A DNA stretch of 64,000 bases from Verrucomicrobiaceae bacterium (lineage in GTDB: Bacteria > Verrucomicrobiota > Verrucomicrobiia > Verrucomicrobiales > Akkermansiaceae), in NCBI GenBank assembly GCA_051252135.1, contig JBPOGH010000003.1, positions 32,001-96,000 of the forward strand, written 5' to 3'. The notes under the pieces are model-generated. The model saw only the letters and a list, made by a program, of their open reading frames with translations, was not told where the DNA came from and ran no database searches. Positions 10,381 through 18,061 of this stretch are shown here, one piece after another (the stretch's first letter is position 1; every line of letters starts with the position of its first letter). Both the position numbers and the translations under genes were made by a program.

Positions 10381-11940
10381 TCAGTTTGCGAACGACAGCA
10401 CGACCTTATCCAGAATCGGCTTCGATTTGTTGTCGGTGGTATCCGTTATACGAACTTCAAACTGAAAGCCGTAGCCTTTTGGCAACCTGGAGAGGTCCAT
10501 CGTTGCGGAGGTCTTTTGAATCTGCTTCGCGAAGCCTGGAGTGTAGTCGTATCGCTCTTTCACCATCTGCCAATCGGACCATTGGTCTATTCTCGCATCG
10601 TTGTCGGTATCAACTCCGACCCGCACCTCGACGGTGTCGACCCATGGGCCGGGACTCACAAAATCCTTCGCGGTTTGCGTCGCGATGTAGAAACGTCCCT
10701 CGGCAAAGATGATGTCCGGATCCGGATGCCCTTGGCCAATGTTGCCACACCACTCGAAGGGTCCGTCAATGCTCGAGGCTGTGAACCAGCCCACACTCAT
10801 GGACTGCTTTCCATGCCCACCGATCGGGTCAAAATCGCAAAAAAGGTAGTGCTGCCCGCCGATCGCGATTGCAGCCCAATCGCCATAAGCATTTTGCTCG
10901 GGATCGTGGATTTCATACTCCCCAAAGGCGATCATCTCCCCTGCTTTGATCCGGTGCTGGGGAACATCAACCGGTGCCGGCTTGGCAGGGTAATTCTTGG
11001 GATCATCCCGGTGCCAGTGTGGATGGGGATACTCGGCAAACTTACCCGTCGGCTTCGTCCGTTCATCGACAGGCGGCGCCAGAATCTTAAAATCCTTCAT
11101 CCCATCCTCACTCACCGCATGCATCGCCAGCGGAGAATCCCAGGCATGGGTCGAGGCATTGATCGGGCTCCAATCCTCGAGAATGAGGTGAAATTTTCCG
11201 TCCAAACCACGAATGATGGCCGAGTCCGATCCATCCGATGGATCCTTGAAGGCCATCCCCATTTCTTCGCCGGCAAGACCATCGGTGAGATCGTGATCAA
11301 TCACGAGATGCGGGTCCTGGTCATTCGGGAAATCATAATAGATGTAAGCTTTCCCATCGACAAACTCCGCCGAAGTCACACACCCGCGCTTGGTCACCTG
11401 TCCGTGGTGCACCCAGTTAACCATATCCCGACTCTGCCAGGCGTGGTAGCCGCCCTTGCTTTTCTTGAGCCCCCCCGGTGCCTTGAATTCATTCTGAACC
11501 GGGGTGGTGAGCAAGGGAATCTTGAAGCCATCCAGGGTCGCTGGCTTCGCTTCAAACACCGCCGCCTTCTTCCCTTTTTCCCGCTTCTCGCGATACACCG
11601 CAAACATCCAGTGGTTATCCGGCCCCAGACTCAGCAGAACCGGCGCATCGCCCATACTCGCCGTTCCCACATTCGCCGTTGCTTCCCAATTGAGCCAAAC
11701 CGGCGACTGCTCGAAAGTGATCGACTCTGCCGAGCGCTGTTCGTCGAAGCTCTTCATCGAGCTTTGAAACGTCGCCTCATTTCCCGTCGGCGAAGCCATC
11801 CCGTCTCTCAACTCAAGCCGGACTTTCGAGGCGATGCTTTGCTCCCACTCTTCGTCGGTATCAATCGTCCACGTTGTCGATTCTGCAAGACCCGCTGTGG
11901 TCGTCAAAATCAGAAGAGATCGAATCAAGGTAACTTTCAT
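10381..11940 (-). CDS. Secreted putative beta-propeller glycoside hydrolase, family unassigned
   Basis: Signal peptide, GDAPV, AWQSRDMVNW, SDSAIIR..DGKFHLI.E and GHPDPD resemble five-bladed propeller GH motifs. First gene of a tightly spaced run with two sulfatases. Confidence 0.55.
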   Translation of the reverse strand: MKVTLIRSLLILTTTAGLAESTTWTIDTDEEWEQSIASKVRLELRDGMASPTGNEATFQSSMKSFDEQRSAESITFEQSPVWLNWEATANVGTASMGDAPVLLSLGPDNHWMFAVYREKREKGKKAAVFEAKPATLDGFKIPLLTTPVQNEFKAPGGLKKSKGGYHAWQSRDMVNWVHHGQVTKRGCVTSAEFVDGKAYIYYDFPNDQDPHLVIDHDLTDGLAGEEMGMAFKDPSDGSDSAIIRGLDGKFHLILEDWSPINASTHAWDSPLAMHAVSEDGMKDFKILAPPVDERTKPTGKFAEYPHPHWHRDDPKNYPAKPAPVDVPQHRIKAGEMIAFGEYEIHDPEQNAYGDWAAIAIGGQHYLFCDFDPIGGHGKQSMSVGWFTASSIDGPFEWCGNIGQGHPDPDIIFAEGRFYIATQTAKDFVSPGPWVDTVEVRVGVDTDNDARIDQWSDWQMVKERYDYTPGFAKQIQKTSATMDLSRLPKGYGFQFEVRITDTTDNKSKPILDKVVLSFAN

Positions 11941-11990
11941 GAATCTAAAAAGCTACCGGGGAAGAGTCCCAACTCAAGAATCAATGCACC

Positions 11991-12020
11991 AAACCGGACG
12001 CCTGATCTGGAAACCGGACG
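11991..12020. promoter_or_regulatory. Tandem direct repeat, possible operator
   Basis: AAACCGGACG at 11991-12000 and 12011-12020 (20-bp period), about 50 bp upstream of the 11940 start. Confidence 0.3.
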
Positions 12021-12117
12021 GTTGGTCAGCGGAGCACTCTCATGCCAATCCCGCCACCATCTACCGATAGCGGAATCGAAGTCAGTTAGCAGCACAATTT
12101 GCCAATGCCCGAACACG

Positions 12118-12149
12118 AAAAAATCCTCCCCATTGATGAGGAAGATTTT
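12118..12149 (-). terminator. Probable intrinsic terminator of the small basic protein gene
   Basis: Imperfect hairpin followed by a U-run on the minus strand. Confidence 0.45.
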
Positions 12150-12206
12150 AGAAAGGAGCTGCGGAAAAGGCAGCCTGAGGAATCTGACCAAGAAATCCGA
12201 ATGGGA

Positions 12207-12410
12207 TTACTTGGCAGCGCACTCCTTGGCCACTTTGGCAGGATACTTCAGCTTGTCGCGAACATCTTTGGGATTCATGACAGCCACCACAGCTTCATCC
12301 ATACCCAATGCGATGAGACGCTTCCGATGATCGGCTTGGCGCTTGTTTCTCGCTGAATGGGACTTCGTGGGACGATTTCTGTTTTTGTTGCGTGCTTGTG
12401 TTGAAGCCAT
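12207..12410 (-). CDS. Small basic protein of unknown function (67 aa)
   Basis: Stand-alone ORF with AT-rich leader and downstream hairpin. Arg/Lys-rich N-half and helical C-half (RKRLIALGMDE). Confidence 0.75.
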   Translation of the reverse strand: MASTQARNKNRNRPTKSHSARNKRQADHRKRLIALGMDEAVVAVMNPKDVRDKLKYPAKVAKECAAK

Positions 12411-12636
12411 GATCGTAGTTGTTTCCTAACTAAAAGAAGGTGAAACGCTCCGTTCGATTGGCTAGGTCAATCTCAGGAACGCAGCCTACTTAGGTTCGAT
12501 GACGGTCTGGGTCAACTGGAATTCTAACCCAAACAGGCTGAAAACAAGGTCGAAAGCGCTGGTGAATATCAATAAAGATTAAAAATTAGGGTCGTCGAAT
12601 CACCGTCGACTGAGTCATTTCCACCTCGCCCGACCC

Positions 12637-12864
12637 TCAGCGAAACGGATGCTCTTCGACATTTCGATCCCTCTCATATTCCCGCCAAGCGGCTTTTGAT
12701 TGGGCATTGCTCCAGTCGGAATTATCGATTCCCGGTGAAATTCGACTGAGGGGAATGACCGCCCCGGGAACCGCCTCATCGTCAATCGTGTGACTGCATG
12801 ACATCAGTGCCCCGAAAGCCGGCAGCGTCAGGATCCCCTTGAGATGTTGAATGATTATTCTCAT
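12637..12864 (-). CDS. Small putative lipoprotein (75 aa)
   Basis: MRIIIQHLKGILTLPAFGALMSC: signal ending in a lipobox-like Cys. Confidence 0.5.
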   Translation of the reverse strand: MRIIIQHLKGILTLPAFGALMSCSHTIDDEAVPGAVIPLSRISPGIDNSDWSNAQSKAAWREYERDRNVEEHPFR

Positions 12865-13010
12865 TAGAAGGAAGTCAGACTCCTCTCCCGCAGACGACAA
12901 GCAGATTTTCATTGTTCCTTGGGGCAGCCACAGGCCTCTTTCCCCTTCAACGAAGCAAAGCCCACCCTTCGTGGTTGCCCGGCCAGCGGGATGTCGTATC
13001 TTCCTGCCTG

Positions 13011-14426
13011 ATGAGTTATTCACGTCGTCGTCTATTACAGGGAAGCCTTGCAGGCGGAGCCACCGGATTATTAGCCAGCCTCGGGAGGGCTCAAGATCAG
13101 GAAAGGCCCAAAGATTCCGGAACCGGAAAGAAGCCGCGCGGAATTATTTTCTGCGTCTCGGATGGCATGAGCCAGGGCGTCCTCTCAATGACCGAAGCCT
13201 TTTCCAATCAAATCCGTGGCCAGAGCACCGCGTGGTGGCAGTTGTTGGCGAATAGCGAAGCGGCCCTCGGATTAATGGACACCGCGTCCTCCAGCTCCCT
13301 CGTCACCGATTCCGCAGCCGCCTCCTCCGCCTGGAGTTCCGGAAAACGCATCCCGAATGGCCAAATCAATTTCGACGACAACGGCAAACGATTGGAGTCC
13401 ATCGGCGAGACCCTCGAGAAGAGCCGCGTCCGTCTTGGCCTGGTTTCGACCGCCAGCATCACCCATGCCACTCCGGCCGGCTTCGCGGCTTCCGTTATCA
13501 AACGGGGACAAGAGGATCGCATCGCCCCCCAATACCTCAACCGCGTCGACGTCATCCTCGGAGGAGGATCCAAGTTCTTCGACCCCAAGACGAGAAAGGA
13601 TAAAAAGGACCTTTTCGGTACTTTCGCGAAGGAAAACTACGACGTCGTCAACACGAGAGACGACCTCTTGAAATCAAAATCAAAGAAGATCCTCGGCACC
13701 TTCTCTCCCGGATACATCCCCTACACCATCGACCGCGATCAGGATGCCAACATGCAGAAGATCGTTCCAACCCTCTCCGAGATGAGTGAAGCAGCCCTCG
13801 CGCGCTTCCTGGATGATGACGCACCCTTCCTGCTCCAGGTCGAAGGCGCTCGCATCGACCATGCCGCCCACAAAAATGACATCGGTGCCATCTTGCACGA
13901 GCAAATGGCCTTCGATGATGCCGTCGCAAAAATCCTCACCATGACTGGCGGCCATGATGACATCCTCGTCATTTTGACCAGCGACCACGGCAATGCCAAC
14001 CCCGGCCTCAATGGCACCGGAGCCGCTTATCGTCAGACCAACGATCACTTTGCCAAAATTGCCCGAATCAAGGGATCCGCCGAAACCTTCCTCGATCGCT
14101 GGAAACGGACCAAAAACAAATCCGCCGGGGAGATGAGCCAACTGATGGAAGCAACCTACGGGTTCAAACCATCGCCTCCGGAACTAGAGGCCATCATGGA
14201 CCTGACTGCAGGAAAAAATGTCACCGAATGGAGCCACCAACTCTCAAATCCCGTCGGCCTTCTCGGACAAATCGTCGGAAACGTCACCGGAGTTGGCTGG
14301 ACCGGAATCTGCCACACCTCCGACCCCACCCAGCTTACCGCCATCGGCCCCGGTGCAAAGGAATTCGCTGGTCTCATTAGAAACGACTCCGTCCGCGACC
14401 GCCTCCTCGGCCTCCTTTTAGGCTAA
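13011..14426 (+). CDS. Alkaline phosphatase (PhoA family) with Tat signal
   Basis: SRRRLL Tat motif, SDGM, VTDSAAA (catalytic Ser), HATPAGF, EGARIDHAAH, SDHG. Confidence 0.92.
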   Translation: MSYSRRRLLQGSLAGGATGLLASLGRAQDQERPKDSGTGKKPRGIIFCVSDGMSQGVLSMTEAFSNQIRGQSTAWWQLLANSEAALGLMDTASSSSLVTDSAAASSAWSSGKRIPNGQINFDDNGKRLESIGETLEKSRVRLGLVSTASITHATPAGFAASVIKRGQEDRIAPQYLNRVDVILGGGSKFFDPKTRKDKKDLFGTFAKENYDVVNTRDDLLKSKSKKILGTFSPGYIPYTIDRDQDANMQKIVPTLSEMSEAALARFLDDDAPFLLQVEGARIDHAAHKNDIGAILHEQMAFDDAVAKILTMTGGHDDILVILTSDHGNANPGLNGTGAAYRQTNDHFAKIARIKGSAETFLDRWKRTKNKSAGEMSQLMEATYGFKPSPPELEAIMDLTAGKNVTEWSHQLSNPVGLLGQIVGNVTGVGWTGICHTSDPTQLTAIGPGAKEFAGLIRNDSVRDRLLGLLLG

Positions 14427-14539
14427 AATTGGGCGATTCCCCTCGAAAGCTTGGCTTGATCCTATCGCCGGTTCGCTCGAAACGTCCTGAAAGGACACTA
14501 TTTTCTTTAAATTCCAGTAGGTTGAATTATCAACCTTCC

Positions 14540-15223
14540 ATGAATTTGAAAATCTCGCTCACCCTCATTGTCGCAACCGTTTCTTTTTGTGATCTTGGCG
14601 CGGCAACCTTGTTCACCCAATCGGGATCACAAACCGAAACCTTGGGAAATGACGGAACAACCTTGGTCGATACAACGACGGATATCGGTGACTGGATCAC
14701 GGCAGGCGGATACGATACAGGCTCTGGAACCGCTCCCCTCTACTTCACCGCTACGATTAATGTGACAAACAATCTCGGTGAAAACGGAGGCGGGGGATTC
14801 TTCCATGGTGTCCAATTGTATAAAGGAGGAGAACGTTTTGCCATAGGGAATAACTGGTTCAGTGTGAACTGGGGTGGCTTCAAGGGGCCGGGTGACTTCG
14901 ACCTCACTGGAAGCACGCCAATCACCCTAAACAACCCCGTTAATCTTGTTTACAAAGTCGATCAAGCTTCGGACGCCATCACGATCTGGTTGAATCCGGA
15001 TCTTGGCCTGACCGAGGCCGGGCAAGCCGCAGGATCAGTCACAGCGTTGACTGGCTTGGGGACTAACGACGAGTTTGAGGCAGTGAACGTCCGTGGAAAC
15101 GGATCAACGACCTTCAGCGGCATTACCATCGGAACCGACTCTCCTTTCGCCGCAGTTCCAGAGCCTGGATCGGCTCTCTTGACCGCACTTGGAGGATTGG
15201 TTCTTCTGCGCAGGAAGCGCTAG
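14540..15223 (+). CDS. PEP-CTERM protein
   Basis: Signal peptide; C-terminus VPEPGSALLTALGGLVLLRRKR. Confidence 0.92.
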   Translation: MNLKISLTLIVATVSFCDLGAATLFTQSGSQTETLGNDGTTLVDTTTDIGDWITAGGYDTGSGTAPLYFTATINVTNNLGENGGGGFFHGVQLYKGGERFAIGNNWFSVNWGGFKGPGDFDLTGSTPITLNNPVNLVYKVDQASDAITIWLNPDLGLTEAGQAAGSVTALTGLGTNDEFEAVNVRGNGSTTFSGITIGTDSPFAAVPEPGSALLTALGGLVLLRRKR

Positions 15224-15400
15224 GACACTACGTCCCCAACTCCCTTGGGACGACGGTTTCACCCCTCGCTGATCCTCACCGATTTATCTCTGCGATATCG
15301 TCACGGTTCTTCTCTTCCAATCCTTGGTAAATCGGGAGCCCGCAAGATTCAGGGGTGGAGCTCCCCCTCCACCAAGACTTCAGCCTTCCCTATCCAAATC

Positions 15401-16891
15401 CTACTGCTCGGGGTTCGGCCCTTCATCCTCGATCTCGGGAAACTCCGGATAGACCGGTGCCAAATCCTTCAGAGTGGGCTTCGACAACTCTCTCTCCTCC
15501 GGCTCATTCACCACCGGAGTCTCTTCCTCCCCCAACATCCCGCGCAGTTCCCTCTTCACCTTTTGCACCGCATAGTAGCGCTTCCGCGCTTTCTTGATCG
15601 CCTGCACACTCTCAGTGATCCCCTTCGGATTCGGCTTCCAGTTGTCCCGCGTCGATCCCTTCAGTTGATTCTCCAAAAGACTCTCCGCTACCGCATAGTC
15701 CGTAATCAATTGATCGGATTCCTTCGCCCAAATCCCCGCATTGTAATACATCGAGGACAAACTCACCTGATCGCCAAACCGCTTCGCCTCCTCCAGCTTG
15801 GCCGAATAGGACTGATGCACATCCTTTAGCTTCTGCGCCGCCACCTCCTGCGCCTCGATCAACGAGTCGATCTCCTTCAACATCTTCACCAGATCACGAT
15901 TGACCATCAACTTGTCATCCTTCCTCCCCCTCAACCCTTCGCTCGCCTCACGGAAGGCCCGGTCGTGTTTCTGATTCCACCGCTTCACCGAAACAACCCC
16001 TTCGGAACCCCAAATGGATTCCACCCGGCGGTTGAACTTCTCCTTCGCCTCAGCCGAAAGATGGTAAAGGTTGCTGTCACTGTCCGCAATCGCATCGCTC
16101 GTCAGCACCTGCCCGTCGGGCACTCCGAAAATATTCCTCGTCCGGTCCGACGTCACCTCTCCCGATCCGCCAAATTGATCCCAGAAAAACTGCGAATAAC
16201 CAACCAGCGAAATCAACATCGACTGCGCCTGCTGCACCTTGTCATCCGGATCCGGAGTAATCCCGAACCCATGCTCCACCGCACTTTTTAAAAGGGGCAA
16301 CTTCAGCGCCAACTGAAACTCCTCCTTCGATGATTTCGAGCGACGCGAATTCATCGCGTCCCCCAACAACTTCTCCGCCTTCTCCCTCGTCTCAAGAGCC
16401 TGCAGCTCCGCCTCCGCCTCCATCACCTTTTTCCCATATTCCAGCTTCAAATCATCAGTGTAAGTCTGACGCCTTTCCAAAATGTCCTCCCATGCCTTCC
16501 GACCCTTATCCGCCAGCTCCCCCACTCCCTCATAGGCCTCCTTGAGCGACTCCCGGGTCACCGTTACGTCCTTCCCCAATCCGCCCAGACTCTGGATCGC
16601 CCCTTGCACCCGCGCCGCCTGGCTGCGCTCCCATTTCGCCTTCGCCCGCTGCTCAATCAGGGCCTTCCGCATCGCCATTTTTTCCTTCGGGTCGGTATCA
16701 GGCTCACTCAGAAATTCCTGATATCCCTCCACTAAAATTTGCGCCTCATCCGCCACCGCAAGCGATGCTTCCTTCTGATCCATCAGGGCTGCGGTCAAAG
16801 GCGCATACATCGGATCGGCGCCCAAGGGGCTTACCGAAAATCCAAGCACCAACGCCAAACTTACTGATCCAAATGTTCGTGGGGTTTTCAT
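15401..16891 (-). CDS. Secreted alpha-helical/coiled-coil hypothetical protein
   Basis: 496-aa ORF with signal peptide, E/K/A/L-rich helical composition and acidic Pro-rich tail. Confidence 0.75.
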   Translation of the reverse strand: MKTPRTFGSVSLALVLGFSVSPLGADPMYAPLTAALMDQKEASLAVADEAQILVEGYQEFLSEPDTDPKEKMAMRKALIEQRAKAKWERSQAARVQGAIQSLGGLGKDVTVTRESLKEAYEGVGELADKGRKAWEDILERRQTYTDDLKLEYGKKVMEAEAELQALETREKAEKLLGDAMNSRRSKSSKEEFQLALKLPLLKSAVEHGFGITPDPDDKVQQAQSMLISLVGYSQFFWDQFGGSGEVTSDRTRNIFGVPDGQVLTSDAIADSDSNLYHLSAEAKEKFNRRVESIWGSEGVVSVKRWNQKHDRAFREASEGLRGRKDDKLMVNRDLVKMLKEIDSLIEAQEVAAQKLKDVHQSYSAKLEEAKRFGDQVSLSSMYYNAGIWAKESDQLITDYAVAESLLENQLKGSTRDNWKPNPKGITESVQAIKKARKRYYAVQKVKRELRGMLGEEETPVVNEPEERELSKPTLKDLAPVYPEFPEIEDEGPNPEQ

Positions 16892-17078
16892 CTTTTTTGA
16901 TCTTAAATGAAGCTCACCTGCAAGGCAGGAAAACGGGCACCGACGGAGAATTCTCCGTCATACCCGACTACACTACGCTCATCCGTTCACCAAAATTTCG
17001 CTACTTCCCTGAACTTCAAGCCATTTCCTCCATCTGACACCTCCCCATCACCCCCTGATTCCCCAATCCCCAAATAAA

Positions 17079-17113
17079 ATCGGGGCGGTCCGCTTTCGCA
17101 GATCCGCCCCGAT
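17079..17113 (-). terminator. Intrinsic terminator
   Basis: ATCGGGGCGG...CCGCCCCGAT hairpin followed by TTTATTT on the minus strand, downstream of the PEP-CTERM gene. Confidence 0.7.
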
Positions 17114-17133
17114 GGAATAAATAGGAAAGACGC

Positions 17134-17808
17134 TTACTTCCGGCGACGCAGGATCACCGCAAGGCCGGCAAGTCCCACCAGAACCGAACCCGATGGCTCG
17201 GGAATGGCTTGGGCAGTTCCGGTATTTCCGGAAAAGGACAGAATACTGGGATCGCTGGCAAACGAAACCCCGTTCACGAAAATGTCTGCACCCTGTTCCG
17301 TAAATTCGGCAACGGAAGACAGCGTCAACATGGCTCCGGGCGAAAGATTGACTCTGGTCGTCTCTGTTTGGCTGTTAATCGGGTCACCGGCCCCACGTAA
17401 GGTGTAGGAACTCGTGCCATCAACATTCAAGGTCAACCCTTCGGTCAGCCAAGTCGATGTCATCGACGAACCACCGAGGATATTGAGAACCGAGTTGGTG
17501 GGATCACCGTCGACAAACCCGTTCACCCCGCTACTCGGCGCAAAACTGGAGTTATTGAGCGTAATCGAATAACCACCACCCAGATCAAGCCGCCCGGTCC
17601 CAGTCAAACCGGAAGCACCGGTGACCGTCAGATCTTCATTGATGTCGACTGAAGGATCAATTGTCGACGTTCCATTGACCGCTCCGGTAAAATCCCAGTT
17701 GGCGTCATTGAAAAAGTCGGAGTCGGAAGCACCGGTCCAGACCACAACAGCCTGACTGGTAATTACAGAGACAGACAGGATGCCTGCGATGGATAGGATT
17801 TTTTTCAT
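17134..17808 (-). CDS. PEP-CTERM protein
   Basis: MKKILSIAG signal; C-terminus IPEPSGSVLVGLAGLAVILRRRK. Confidence 0.92.
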   Translation of the reverse strand: MKKILSIAGILSVSVITSQAVVVWTGASDSDFFNDANWDFTGAVNGTSTIDPSVDINEDLTVTGASGLTGTGRLDLGGGYSITLNNSSFAPSSGVNGFVDGDPTNSVLNILGGSSMTSTWLTEGLTLNVDGTSSYTLRGAGDPINSQTETTRVNLSPGAMLTLSSVAEFTEQGADIFVNGVSFASDPSILSFSGNTGTAQAIPEPSGSVLVGLAGLAVILRRRK

Positions 17809-18061
17809 AGGAGATAAGAAGCGAGGTTGTACTTTCCAGACAAAGGCGATTACGCCGAATTGCACTGGGGTCATACCAAAATCCCCCCTCGGGGCAAGCC
17901 AACAATCCCTGCCAATCAGTTGGTTAAGGTAGATTAAGTAAAAAAGGGCACTATCCTTCGCAGAGAACGATCTCTCCTCCCCTAAAATCGACCATCCTTT
18001 TCAAAAGTCTCCTCCTTTGGTCAAAACCACCACTTTGCAAGAACCGCCCCCCCATTGGGCA

